From: a virus | Taxonomy: Duplodnaviria > Caudoviricetes | Virus record (IMG/VR): IMGVR_UViG_3300043449_000843 | Location: 2,016-66,015 of that record | Reading direction: 5' to 3' (one strand) | DNA length: 64,000 nucleotides | In this document: piece after piece, positions 42,101-50,640 of the stretch | Layout of the letters: each line of letters begins with the position of its first letter | Position numbering within the stretch: the stretch's first letter is position 1 | The notes under the pieces: model-generated | Told to the model about the DNA's origin: nothing | Seen by the model: the letters and a program-made list of their open reading frames with translations, nothing else | The model's database searches: none | Translations under genes and position numbers: made by a program

Positions 42101-45100
42101 TACAGGAGCAGCATACACGTATGATAATCTAGACAGAAATTACATTTATGGTAATAAATTAACACCTGTGGATCAGTTAGTAACTAACGATAACTTTGGT
42201 TCAGCAATTTCTGTAGTTAAAGATAGCATTGTAGTTGGTGCTCCACAACGCCAGAACGGAGCCTTTATACCAGGTATTGTATATACATTTGATTTTAATA
42301 GTCAAAGTTGGTTAGAAATAGCATCACAAGGCGAAGTTGTAGATGTTTCTAAATTTAAGAAAGCATTTGTTTATAATACATCTACAAATAAATTAGTTGA
42401 TAATTTAGATATTATAGATCCTCTAAAAGGATATATTGCTGGTCCAGCTGATCAAGAAATAATGTATCAGACTATGCGCGACCCGGCAGTATATACGTAC
42501 ACAGCCGCTAGTATAGTTAAAACAGACCAGTCTGATCCATGGCTAGACGAACATGTTGGCGAGCTTTGGTGGGATCTATCAAGAGTTAAGTGGATTTGGT
42601 ATGAGCAGGGTAATAGTAGCTATAGAAATTCCTATTGGAATGTTTTATTTCCAGGATCTAGTATTGATATTTACGAATGGACAGAAACTACACTATTACC
42701 TAGTGAGTGGCTAGCAGCAGCAACATCTAATGATGCATTATTGAAAGGTATCAGCGGAACACCGATATACATAAACGATCTTACATATAGCACTAAGCAA
42801 AAGTATGATACAGCGACTGGATATCTAACTACTTACTATTATTATTGGGTTAAAAATAAAACTACAGTTCCTAGAGTAAAGTTTAGAAGTATATCAGCAG
42901 CCGATGTTGCACAATTAATATTTGACCCATCAGCAGTAGGTTACAAATATATTGCTGTTACAGGATCTAACAGTTTATCATTAGTTAATATTAAACCAGA
43001 TATATATCAAAGAGATATAAACCTTAATATACAATATTATCAAGTAGATAATGATAATTTAATAGTTCACAGAGAATATGCATTAATAGCTGCAAATGAT
43101 GCAACGTCTATTATTCCGGCTATTATTGAAAATAAATGGATAGACAGCCTTTGCGGTGATAATATATATGGACAGATAGTTCCGGATCCGAGGTTGAGTC
43201 TACAACAAAGATATGGTACAAGAAATGAGCCAAGGCAAGGGTGGTTCGCTAATAGAAGAGAAGCATTAAAACAATATATTGAGTATTTAAACTCAATATT
43301 ACTTGATAATCAGATTGTAGATACAACTAACTTCGAAAAGTTAAATGAAGAGGAGTTACCTCCTACAATAGACTCAGGTAAAATTGATCAGATTGTAGAT
43401 ATTGTTGACGATTTAAGATTCATTGGTACGCTGAAAATTAAGACAGCAAAAGCAATACCTGTAATCAAAGACGGTCAAATTTTAGTTGTAATTGTTACAG
43501 ATCCAGGATACGGATACAAAGTTGCACCTACAATTAAGTTAATGGGAACTGGTACAGGTGCAACTTTAAAATCTGTAATTAATGAAAATGGATCAATCAT
43601 AAGAATTGACGTAATACAAAGAGGTAGTGGATACGATTCATACTCAGCTACTATTTCTATTAGGAACTATTCAGTATTAGTTAAGGTCGACGATGATTCA
43701 TTTGGCAGTTGGAGTGTATATGATTGGAGTGGTGATGTAACTAAAAATTGGTATCGTATTAAGACACAAGGGTGGAATGTTAAACGATACTGGAATTATG
43801 CAGATTGGTATGCAATAGGATATAATGCAGAATCAAAAGTAGGATTTACTGTTGATCAAACAGTTAATCTGGAAGGGTTAAACTCACAAGTAGGTGATCT
43901 AGTTAAGGTTAATAATGTAGGGGGACATTGGTTACTACTTCGTAGGATTTCTGAATTAGAAGATCCAAATTATACAGTTACATACGAAGTTGTTGGTAAG
44001 CAAAACGCTACAATTCAATTTTCAAAAGACTTATATAATATGTATTATGGGTATGATTCGTTGTATAGTTATGATAAAAATTTATATGACCAAGGGCCAG
44101 GAATCGAGTTAAGAATTATATTAAATGCTGTTCGTGATAATATTTTAACTGACGAGCTTAGAATTGAATATATTAATATATTCTTTAATAGTGTTAAGTA
44201 TGCATTAACAGAACATATGTTTGTTGATTGGGTATTTAAATCTAGTTTTATAAAAATTAATCATAATGTTGGAACTTTGAAACAAAGAATTACATATCAA
44301 AGTGATATGCTTTCAAGTTATCAAAAGTATATTGAAGAAGTTAAACCTTATAAGACTAAGATTAGAGAATTTACTGATACTTATAATTATGTTGATCCTT
44401 CAAACCAACAAACAACAGACTTTGATTTATTCTCGTATTATAATCCTAGCTCAGGGTACATTGAACGTACATCTCTTCGTTCAGCTTACATTGATTCATA
44501 TCCGTGGAAGAATTGGCTCGATAATTACCTATATGAAGTTGATGAAATAATAATTCATGATCAAGGTAATGGATATGTCTCTATTCCTAAAGTTATAATT
44601 AGTGGCGACGGCCGTGATGCTTCTGCTACAGCTTATATTGCTAAAGGTAAAGTAATTAAGATTGTTGTAGATAACCCAGGATATGGATATTCCTATTCAC
44701 CATCTATTTTTATTAGTGGCGGCAATGGTGACGATGATAATAATAGAGCTAAAGCAGTAGCAATAATAGGAAATCATAAAGTACGCACTAACTTAATCGG
44801 CATGAAGTATGATAGAATATCACTTTCGTATACAGTTACTGATTTTACATATACAGATACGTTCTCAGGAACAGGAGTTGATCGTAAATTTAAATTAACG
44901 TATGCACCGGATATTAAAAAAGTTAATTTTAATATTCTAGTTAATGATGTGGAAATTTACGGATCACTGTTTGATGTTTCGATTGTTCAAACAATGCATG
45001 ACACATATTCTGCATTGGAAGGATATGTAATATTCAAAGATGCACCAACAACTGGTGTTAATAATGTTGTAATTTCATATAAAAAGAATATCGCATTATT

Positions 45101-47858
45101 CAACGCAGCAGACAGAATTAATGATGCATATGAGCCAACTGTTGGACAATATGGTAAAGAATTAGGCCAACTAATGGCAGGAGTTGATTACGGTGGAGTT
45201 CAAGTAACTAGTATCGATTTTGATGTTGGTGGCGGCTGGGATGTATTACCTTGGGATGCAGCATCCTGGGACAATGTTCTTAGCACAAATGACGATTTTG
45301 TAGTTGTAGTTGACGGAAGCACGAGAACTTTTGCACTTCCATATATTCCAGCAGCTGGTGTTATTATTAACGTCTATGTTAATAATAAGAGAATTGATGA
45401 TCCTTATTATAATGTATATGATGGAACTACAGTTCAACCTAATGGATTAATCGAAGCACCACTTGGACGTTTTATGAACTCGTTTGTTGGTGATAGTATT
45501 CATAATGAAATTACTATTCCTCTAAATTATAATTTAAATGATAATGATTATATCACTTTCCGTAAGAGTACAAGTGATGGAACTATATTGCCTACTGATC
45601 AAAGTCTAATAGATTCTTTTGTTCAAGGTGGTGATTTAGCATATACTACAGCCCAAGGAGTTAAGGCCGAAGAAATTATCATAGATGGCGACAGTCTAAT
45701 TACCTCAGATACTAGTCATGGCCCAGAAGAATTAGTTCAAGGATCGGTAGTTGATACATTAGATTTTAAAGTATATCACACACCATCCGACGGTGGACCA
45801 AGCATTTATGTTTATAATCTACTAGGTAACGGGGTTGATAGTACTTTCTCACTTACACAATTACCAGAAACTATAACAGGAACATTGTTAATTGTGAACA
45901 ATGTTGCTTTAGAGCTTACTGTTGATTATCAAAACAAGACATTTACAATTTATCGATTTAACTATGATATAAATGAGCTTGAACTATATGTACCACCGGT
46001 TGATTCTCAAATTGCTATAATAAGCATTGATACTGCCGGGTATGATATAACTGAAAAAACTACATTTATAGGCGACGGAAGTAGTATTGAATACTTAACA
46101 TCTTCAAACTGGAATAATGGAGATGTTAGTGGTTTCATTACTATTAACGGTGAGCCTGTTGAATTTGATATTAAAGAAAGTAATGATGCATATGACGCAA
46201 TAGGTAATGTTGTTATTGAATTTAGACAACCCCCCGCTGATGGCGATCTAGTTGTAGTAATGCTCTTTAGAGGTAAAATACAGAAGTGGAGCGAAGTAAA
46301 AGCACAGTATATTCCCGTTGTTGCCGATACATATGTATATTCTTTAAATAGACTTCCTGCTAACTTAGGACCTTTAAGTGCAAATACACTTGTTATAGCT
46401 GATACAATAACAGCTACAGAGTTCTTACAGTCACCTGATTTAAAATATTACACATATGACGGTACAAATACATTGTTTATTAATGATCTTCGTTATATAT
46501 CTAATTCAATAAAACCAGGTGATTTAAATGTTTATGTTAATGGTATTAAAATAGTACCGATTAGAGATTATCTCTTTGATACAGTTCAAATGACTGTAAC
46601 AATGAATCCTGATATTGTTTCTTTAGGTGATGAAATTACAATAGAAATTCTTTATCTAGCAGATTATTGGATAGATAGCGGATCAATAGTTATCAGTAGA
46701 AAGAATTATAGTATAGTTAATCAAAAGACTTTAATAGTTAATACTTTCACTAATCACGATGTTTTAAAAACTAAGAGAAAGACATTTGGATTTAGCTTTG
46801 CTATTGGATATGATGTACAGCCTTATGATGTAACACAGTATGATCTAACTAATGGAACATATAATACTAGTGGCATATTTGATTTACCGAGAAAAATTGC
46901 ATCAAAGAGTGGTGTTTTAGTAATTCTAAACAGAAAGATTTTAACTCCAAATGTTGATTATGTTGTTTTAGACAATCTTACACAGATTAGAGTTATTCTT
47001 CCAGATCAATTAAGCAGCAGCAGCTATTTAGAAGTTGTTACAACTAATGACAAAGTTGTCAAACCTAGTTATGGCTTTAGAGTCTTTAAAGACATGCTTA
47101 ATAGAACTAGTTATAAGAGACTAGATCGTATTAAAACAACTAAATTAAGACAAGATTTAACATACCTCGATACACACATAGTTGTTTATGATGGGTCAGT
47201 GTTGCCAGTTCCAGTTAAGGAAACAAATCTTCCAGGCATAATCTTTATTAACGGAGAAAGAATTGAATATTTCGTTAAGGAAGGAAATACTCTAAGTCAA
47301 CTTCGTAGAGGAACGTTAGGAACAGGCACTAAAAATTATTATCCTCAAGGAACTATGGTAGAAAACATGGGTGCTGAAGAGACTGTACCATATAGTGATG
47401 AAGAAAATAAGTCAACATTCTATGGTGATGGTACTACACAAATATTCTACATTGATATGATTCCACAGGTTGCTTATAACACTGTAGCTGATGATAGTAC
47501 TGTTGATACTAATTGGTATAGAGAAACTATTCCTTGGACTTATGGACAGTGTGATCAAATTGAAGTGTTTGTTGCTGGTAAGAGATTAAGTAAAGCCCCT
47601 TATAAACTTTATGATCAAGCATTAGGACAAGATAGTTACAACGGTAATGGTGACAAATTTGTAGAAGCAGATTTTTCAGTTACTGGTCTTGATTACGGTG
47701 TAAGACTTACTAAGGCGCCCGAGCCTGGTGAATTAGTAGTAATAGTATATAAGACTGGTAGATTGTGGCAAAACGTTAATGAAAATGCATCATTAGTTCA
47801 TAGTGATTCTGATATAGCAAAATTCTTAACAGCAGCGCAGGTGAATTTGCCTAAATAA
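33183..47858 (+). CDS. Giant (4891 aa) baseplate wedge/structural protein (gp7-like) with CBM-like and beta-propeller repeats
   Basis: Uninterrupted 14.7-kb ORF after gp6 with FIKEKGT..SI.KLF and YIEEVKPYKTKIR wedge motifs, Y..GD.V.Y...Y.A...P....W repeats and FG-GAP-like repeats. Confidence 0.75.
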   Translation: MEQDDFNELPLPQGPENQIKRQTFRHLPNFFRTDSNKKFLGGTVDVITQPGTLTRLSSYIGRRDIPNYSFDDVYIQETSTPRQYYQLEPAFVNEDPVTGKNRWYGDYIDYINSLKYFGADVVNHSKLNKQESYTWNPHIDWDKFTNYPEYYWIASGPDPVTIYGQMENIVSEFTVTSIDQIDNRGYIFTPDGLTVNPRLTLYRGVTYKFNINTPHMKFAIKTENDPSDGYFYNIGVSARNVEKGIVTFTVPYEAPDLLYYMDNTIRENLGISDSVVGMIDIKDIKEASALNVETEILGKKNFKSSNGIEFINGLKVKFAGNVTPSKYAKGFWYVEGVGNRIVLINTLDLEAPATFIKGIDVPWDDQGFDTLPFENADNYPLTKDYLVINRASRDRNNWARTNRWFHRTVLEVTANANGQIANLDQSTRANRPIIEFEPDLKLFNHGYFAKPDVDLVDTVTTDVFSTIEGSAGYIVDGEQLLPGYRVLFTADPDITVQGRIFEVKRITNVYENVNIETPVVSISSFKNIIKVANTFGFRPGTKVQFIGNVAGGLSSTLEYYVIKENFNSTSLSVSLVKGGDAVVLTDAINLSMKMIAIGVARRKSQLTLQEVKDTDPVEGQIAYVTKGKNYRGTSFYYQDGKWHQAQKKTDINQAPMFDLFDESLVSYSDKTVYPFSTFKGTPLFNYKVSEDRNQKPDSELGFPLVYRAIDNVGDIEFEFSLQKGSWSYELNNELTTVNSYEGYLRKWNLDNNFSYTNGWVKTDRPSEQNVVRVLKVESQTNLIPVDVFDDTPILYALEQANHILNGNQFYMAIQDNSGRELSDTDYWLPYQFKDQYKEDFDFDTKYAQRDIVKYRNLYYIALEDVKGQLPTNTDFWKLIFQGYKFKGEFNRLGTYQVDDIVTYNSYTYIAIRDNNGQNEPTDVIYWKLLVKGPSNFQGEFNLAPSSYAGEFSLGKNYFVNNVVNYNNTFYIAVRNSANIDVTNTNYWEALLPGSYNPETGLKKTVTYKAKDIVSYGLYLYLSIGTENTGNLPTDTNYWMQLSSGSTFPVYYNTGAMYHTGQIVALDARPKIDYRIRVYVNDVKRTDLSLNIVDGVAYITFDTPLSPGDKVVYKIRSISNKNVKGYYEIPLNWQNNPFNETLDTFSFGEVLDHTKTIVENSPGFTGKFPGINNLSNLGPISQYGRKFMQHTGPMSLSAFLMIDKKVNIIKALQWCSREYTQFKKDIVFRMQTSGYDGTPRDIADQLLQDYSKSKNLGKSAFYFSDMVPYSASSVREYSVDDPRFPIFSIDSLFNPLEHTRRAILVYLNEVQLLYGKDYEFDTEDAFIKIIAPIYENDIILIKDYNTTNGCYVPLTPSKLGLYPLYEPMIYLDTTYRKIVLNDDGTESTVVESRKVIQGHDGSLFTAYNDYRDEVLLEIEKRIFNNTKVHYDPEIFDVNDVMTGYYRRTDFTKAEINDILITEFLRWNQIPSLDFNSPELRIPVPGIDLEKTPPRYKWVDGDSFTYNYNKSYAPNGVEELHGYWRGVYKYFYDTDRPHTHPWEMQGFSIKPMWWDEVYGLAPYTCDNVIMWDAIEKGQIGDPNNPRINTKYARPGLSLYIPVDSEGNLLSPIESGLAYNFSKVNSIGRYTFGDQAPVETAWRQSSEYPFAVMIVMCTLRGAEFIGKMWDRFTIKRDITGQIYSTVTKKKLNTAELPFANELQEDGTRTFTSGLANIIDEYVLIYQNIDYDYYKKLIRGLDVKLRYRVSGFTSKEKIKVLLDSRTPNSSGTVFLPSENYKIFYNKSAPVETVTYSGVIIEKSDYGYAVTGYDSLKSVFEIFPARLSASDVLINVGGISDSYVDWAPGQYYVSGQLVKIQSNYYRALLNHTSSISVGEDIDAKKWQKLQSLPITGGRDAYVRTKFINVPVKVPYGTVFTDIQSVVDFLLGYQARLRDWGFQFDDFSNDLNLPLNWLTSAKEFMFWTLQNWVKGSVITLSPAANNLKFKPTINASVDTLDSDFYEYSIFKADGSPLKTDLTNVYREENGFTIKPSSDTQEGIFHLRTSLVYQEHVILFDNVSIFNDVVYDVVPGYRQGRLKLIGFKTNNWDGSYYTPGFMYDNAEIFEWQPNTDYNIGDVVEYQSFYYTAIAKANGTTDFDYTKWSRLSEKPEPKLEPNLDYRIDQFRDFYSLESSNFDSNQQALARHLTGYQPRQYLEDIIIDDVSQYKFYQGFIKEKGTLNSITKLFDALRTSGYSNIDVKEEWAFKVSDFGASDAYVELEFVLDETKFRHNPQNVVLTLASTEFDDSAVYNITVNDTAKKTISYDANPFVTKALDFTAKNYGVFKYRTAGYVNPANVDHIVYDENALLNYDLTLLKHKDKIWIGNTPNGEWNVLEYYNTRALITSWERINNVINLSVSIMPNLLIGDLISITNLELLNGIYKVAGIYSNLIQVYTNNPSIGTVNLDSTHGVLFKFEQVRYRSASAITANHYSDLNITGECLWIDQDFNNRWKVLENTNPFNAGKLSPPNFLLYTNSSKGSEVKISGNGKYLYVSAIGIGTGNVLVYTRPNNLSEWVFLQTLSMPAGFTSGISSTEKFGYSIDVSYDARLLVISAPDVSAIKSLYAGEFDPNSNYAPTMVVRYLNQLWQAKNYIYGDGSTIDIFSQDWELLRSICPVYEGAADSGLTKQGAVFVYVLDPGRRIYERDTLELRNEYNDLVTREQIICSYHPLENERFGTKVRLAQYGNEYWLYVSSEYVEKIGAVQVFIRRVTGTWEYNLDQQYLNFDYSSIIYNSPALINSNSLYGYDVTVGGIDNNRVAISAPFLNGGAVYVFNKNGGVFNLIKIIDQYTIADLNINSLNNYQINNLDYFGYSISMKGEMLFVSSPNNDTKNTNVGVVYRFNSIFVLEQIIVPPLAVQNERFGTKIDTDISQNILVVTSAGGNTIMTTAFDTYIDRAVFTNDSTRNYVLDTNSLKAVNATTFDAEATAFYDRVAYTGAAYTYDNLDRNYIYGNKLTPVDQLVTNDNFGSAISVVKDSIVVGAPQRQNGAFIPGIVYTFDFNSQSWLEIASQGEVVDVSKFKKAFVYNTSTNKLVDNLDIIDPLKGYIAGPADQEIMYQTMRDPAVYTYTAASIVKTDQSDPWLDEHVGELWWDLSRVKWIWYEQGNSSYRNSYWNVLFPGSSIDIYEWTETTLLPSEWLAAATSNDALLKGISGTPIYINDLTYSTKQKYDTATGYLTTYYYYWVKNKTTVPRVKFRSISAADVAQLIFDPSAVGYKYIAVTGSNSLSLVNIKPDIYQRDINLNIQYYQVDNDNLIVHREYALIAANDATSIIPAIIENKWIDSLCGDNIYGQIVPDPRLSLQQRYGTRNEPRQGWFANRREALKQYIEYLNSILLDNQIVDTTNFEKLNEEELPPTIDSGKIDQIVDIVDDLRFIGTLKIKTAKAIPVIKDGQILVVIVTDPGYGYKVAPTIKLMGTGTGATLKSVINENGSIIRIDVIQRGSGYDSYSATISIRNYSVLVKVDDDSFGSWSVYDWSGDVTKNWYRIKTQGWNVKRYWNYADWYAIGYNAESKVGFTVDQTVNLEGLNSQVGDLVKVNNVGGHWLLLRRISELEDPNYTVTYEVVGKQNATIQFSKDLYNMYYGYDSLYSYDKNLYDQGPGIELRIILNAVRDNILTDELRIEYINIFFNSVKYALTEHMFVDWVFKSSFIKINHNVGTLKQRITYQSDMLSSYQKYIEEVKPYKTKIREFTDTYNYVDPSNQQTTDFDLFSYYNPSSGYIERTSLRSAYIDSYPWKNWLDNYLYEVDEIIIHDQGNGYVSIPKVIISGDGRDASATAYIAKGKVIKIVVDNPGYGYSYSPSIFISGGNGDDDNNRAKAVAIIGNHKVRTNLIGMKYDRISLSYTVTDFTYTDTFSGTGVDRKFKLTYAPDIKKVNFNILVNDVEIYGSLFDVSIVQTMHDTYSALEGYVIFKDAPTTGVNNVVISYKKNIALFNAADRINDAYEPTVGQYGKELGQLMAGVDYGGVQVTSIDFDVGGGWDVLPWDAASWDNVLSTNDDFVVVVDGSTRTFALPYIPAAGVIINVYVNNKRIDDPYYNVYDGTTVQPNGLIEAPLGRFMNSFVGDSIHNEITIPLNYNLNDNDYITFRKSTSDGTILPTDQSLIDSFVQGGDLAYTTAQGVKAEEIIIDGDSLITSDTSHGPEELVQGSVVDTLDFKVYHTPSDGGPSIYVYNLLGNGVDSTFSLTQLPETITGTLLIVNNVALELTVDYQNKTFTIYRFNYDINELELYVPPVDSQIAIISIDTAGYDITEKTTFIGDGSSIEYLTSSNWNNGDVSGFITINGEPVEFDIKESNDAYDAIGNVVIEFRQPPADGDLVVVMLFRGKIQKWSEVKAQYIPVVADTYVYSLNRLPANLGPLSANTLVIADTITATEFLQSPDLKYYTYDGTNTLFINDLRYISNSIKPGDLNVYVNGIKIVPIRDYLFDTVQMTVTMNPDIVSLGDEITIEILYLADYWIDSGSIVISRKNYSIVNQKTLIVNTFTNHDVLKTKRKTFGFSFAIGYDVQPYDVTQYDLTNGTYNTSGIFDLPRKIASKSGVLVILNRKILTPNVDYVVLDNLTQIRVILPDQLSSSSYLEVVTTNDKVVKPSYGFRVFKDMLNRTSYKRLDRIKTTKLRQDLTYLDTHIVVYDGSVLPVPVKETNLPGIIFINGERIEYFVKEGNTLSQLRRGTLGTGTKNYYPQGTMVENMGAEETVPYSDEENKSTFYGDGTTQIFYIDMIPQVAYNTVADDSTVDTNWYRETIPWTYGQCDQIEVFVAGKRLSKAPYKLYDQALGQDSYNGNGDKFVEADFSVTGLDYGVRLTKAPEPGELVVIVYKTGRLWQNVNENASLVHSDSDIAKFLTAAQVNLPK

Positions 47859-47863
47859 ATAAA

Positions 47864-48547
47864 GTGAGTTATAAAATGACAAAAGACACCAAACCCGTTA
47901 GGAAAACTAAAATACAGGATGACAAAATGACCACAAAGCCGGACGAAAAAGGTCCCTTTCATATCGAAGGACATATAAAAATATTTGATCCTGAATCAGG
48001 ACACGTTTATATCAATAAGAGAAATGCTATTCACTATGAAAATATGAGTGTAGCATTAGCAGAAAGCCTTGCTAATTCAGGCCAAGGAACTATTTTCGAA
48101 ATGGCGTTTGGTAATGGTGGGACTATTGTTGATCCTACAGGTATTATTACATATCTAACACCTAACACAGTTGGTACTAACAGTACTTTATATAACGAAA
48201 CTTATTCGAAAGTGGTTGATGACCGTAATGTTGCTAATGTTGATCCTACTCGTAATAAGTTAGAAACTAGGCACATTACCGGTACAAGTTATACAGATAT
48301 TGTAGTTTCTTGTTTATTAGATTATGGTGAGCCATCAGGACAGGAAGCATTTGATAACGTAGCAAGTATTAATAGTGAATTTGTTTTTGATGAGTTAGGA
48401 TTAAGAGGATACGATCCAAATGCAACAAATTACTCAGGAAAACTATTAACGCACGTTATTTTTCATCCAGTTCAGAAGAGCTTGAACAGATTAATACAAA
48501 TAGATTACACAGTAAGAATACAAAGTTTATCAGGATTTAACGGATAA
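47864..48547 (+). CDS. Baseplate/virion structural protein
   Basis: Conserved-looking ORF (NAIHYENMS, FVFDELGL, LLTHVIFHPVQKSLNR) between the wedge and fibre genes; the true start may be the ATG at 47876 or 47927. Confidence 0.65.
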   Translation: MSYKMTKDTKPVRKTKIQDDKMTTKPDEKGPFHIEGHIKIFDPESGHVYINKRNAIHYENMSVALAESLANSGQGTIFEMAFGNGGTIVDPTGIITYLTPNTVGTNSTLYNETYSKVVDDRNVANVDPTRNKLETRHITGTSYTDIVVSCLLDYGEPSGQEAFDNVASINSEFVFDELGLRGYDPNATNYSGKLLTHVIFHPVQKSLNRLIQIDYTVRIQSLSGFNG

Positions 48548-50640
48548 TGAGCTATACAATCAAATATACCGATTTTAATAACAAAGGAGTTATCATAGTT
48601 AATGATAGCACCTTAAATACTCAAACAAGTCTTGCATTACCGGGACGAAATCAACGTGGATATAGTGTAGCTATAGCAGAAAATTTCTTGCATTTGTTAG
48701 AAAATTTTGCTAATTCCGATGCTCCGTCCAATCCTGTAGAAGGACAAATATGGTATGATACTTCAAATGGAGTAGAAGACCTAAAAGTATTTGATGGAAC
48801 AAGTTGGAAATTAGCAGGATCTGTTAGAAAAGGTAATAATAATCCTGAAAATGCAATATTAGGAGATCTTTGGGTTGACACAGATAATCAACAATTATTT
48901 CTGTTTAATGGTGCAACTTGGGTTTTAGTAGGTCCTACATTTAGTGGAGGACTAACCACAGGTGCAGTTGCTGAAACTATTTTAGATTCTACAGATACTC
49001 CTAGAGTCATACTTAAGATTTATGTAAATGACGAAGTTGTTTCGATTTATAGTACTGATACTTTTATACCAAAGATTGCTATTGAAGGGTTTGCAACAAT
49101 TAAATCAGGTATGAATATTAGTATTAAAGATTTTAATAATGACGGTATAATAGATACAAAGTACTGGGGAACATCTGAAAGATCTGAAAATTTATTAATC
49201 GGCTCAGAAATTGTACCAGCATCGCAGTTTTTTAGAAAAGATGCACCTAATCTTACAAATTATACAATTACTGTTAGAAATAACCAAGGGTTAACTTTAG
49301 GAACAGAGTCACAATTAAGACTATCGATTGATAATAGTAGCATAGGAAGTATATATCACTCAACACCTAGTTCAGCATTTGACGTTAAAATTAATAGAAA
49401 TGGTTCTTCAACAACATTGATTAGAGCAAGTTCAAATGGTAATGTAGGCATTGGTGTTAATAATCTGTCTCCTGCATATAATTTAGATGTTCTAGGAAAC
49501 TCTAGATTTACAGACATTGTGAAAATTCAAAGCACATCAGACGTTGATGCTCCTTTAGGTGCTGCTTTACAAGTTTCTGGAGGGTTAACGGTAAACAAAT
49601 CATTTACAGTTTCTGGAAATGCAATGATTACTGGTATTACTTTAGTTGGAAACAGTATCACTCCACTAGGTGACAGAACATTTGATATAGGAACTCCTGA
49701 TAATGCATTTAACAATGTTCACGCAACAACTTTTACTGGTAATGTTATCGGTGATGTAACTGGAAATATTTCAGGATCAGCTGGAAAAGCTAATATGTTA
49801 GTAGCAAGCACTACATTTACTATTACAGGAGATGTAACAAGTAATACTTTTAGCTTTGATGGAGTTTCGGGAGGACAAGCTAAAACTTTTGAAACTACAA
49901 TTAGTCCAGATTTTGTTCACTCAAAGCCTGAAGTTACTGACGTTTCGAATATTGATGAATTATTAGTTTATCGTGCAGGAACAGGTTTAAGGAAAATGTA
50001 TAGAACTACATTTTTTAACCAAGTTCCTTTAGTTCCAGTTGGTGCTATATTTCCTTTTGCAGGCACAGTTTTACCTCCAGGATATTTATTTTGTGACGGT
50101 AGCGAAAAAAGTAGATCAACTTATGCAGAATTGTTTGAAGTAATTGGGTATACATATGGTGTTCCAGCAAATTTACAAGGTACAGGAACATTTAGGTTAC
50201 CTGATTTTAGAGGTAAATTTGCAATGGGCCGTAACAACATGGATAACGGCGATTCTGTCAACTCTAACTCAGGATTAATTGATAGTAATACACAACTAGC
50301 TAACGGTACAACACAGTCAACAGCAGGAATTTTAGGTAATTCAAATGGTAGAGATGAAGTTTCGTTAGATGTATCTAATGTTCCAACTCACAAGCACAAT
50401 TTTGTTGGCAGCGAAGGCACAAATTTTTATGCAACTAACAACAATTCAGGAGTACCTACAGACACTAATGCATTTGTAGGTAACTGGCCTACAGGAACTA
50501 ATCAAGGACAATATATTTCAACTACAGGTAATATGATAAATGCATCTACGGATATAAACGGAAATTATGTTGTTACACCAGTAGATGTTATGAATCCATA
50601 CTTAACTATTAATTATATCATATTTTCAGGAAAATACTAA
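48547..50640 (+). CDS. Tail fibre / short fibre protein with tail collar domain
   Basis: PVGAIFPFAG...GYLFCDGS...YAELFEVIGYTYG...FRLPDFRG collar domain and C-terminal MNPYLTINYII. Confidence 0.85.
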   Translation: MSYTIKYTDFNNKGVIIVNDSTLNTQTSLALPGRNQRGYSVAIAENFLHLLENFANSDAPSNPVEGQIWYDTSNGVEDLKVFDGTSWKLAGSVRKGNNNPENAILGDLWVDTDNQQLFLFNGATWVLVGPTFSGGLTTGAVAETILDSTDTPRVILKIYVNDEVVSIYSTDTFIPKIAIEGFATIKSGMNISIKDFNNDGIIDTKYWGTSERSENLLIGSEIVPASQFFRKDAPNLTNYTITVRNNQGLTLGTESQLRLSIDNSSIGSIYHSTPSSAFDVKINRNGSSTTLIRASSNGNVGIGVNNLSPAYNLDVLGNSRFTDIVKIQSTSDVDAPLGAALQVSGGLTVNKSFTVSGNAMITGITLVGNSITPLGDRTFDIGTPDNAFNNVHATTFTGNVIGDVTGNISGSAGKANMLVASTTFTITGDVTSNTFSFDGVSGGQAKTFETTISPDFVHSKPEVTDVSNIDELLVYRAGTGLRKMYRTTFFNQVPLVPVGAIFPFAGTVLPPGYLFCDGSEKSRSTYAELFEVIGYTYGVPANLQGTGTFRLPDFRGKFAMGRNNMDNGDSVNSNSGLIDSNTQLANGTTQSTAGILGNSNGRDEVSLDVSNVPTHKHNFVGSEGTNFYATNNNSGVPTDTNAFVGNWPTGTNQGQYISTTGNMINASTDINGNYVVTPVDVMNPYLTINYIIFSGKY

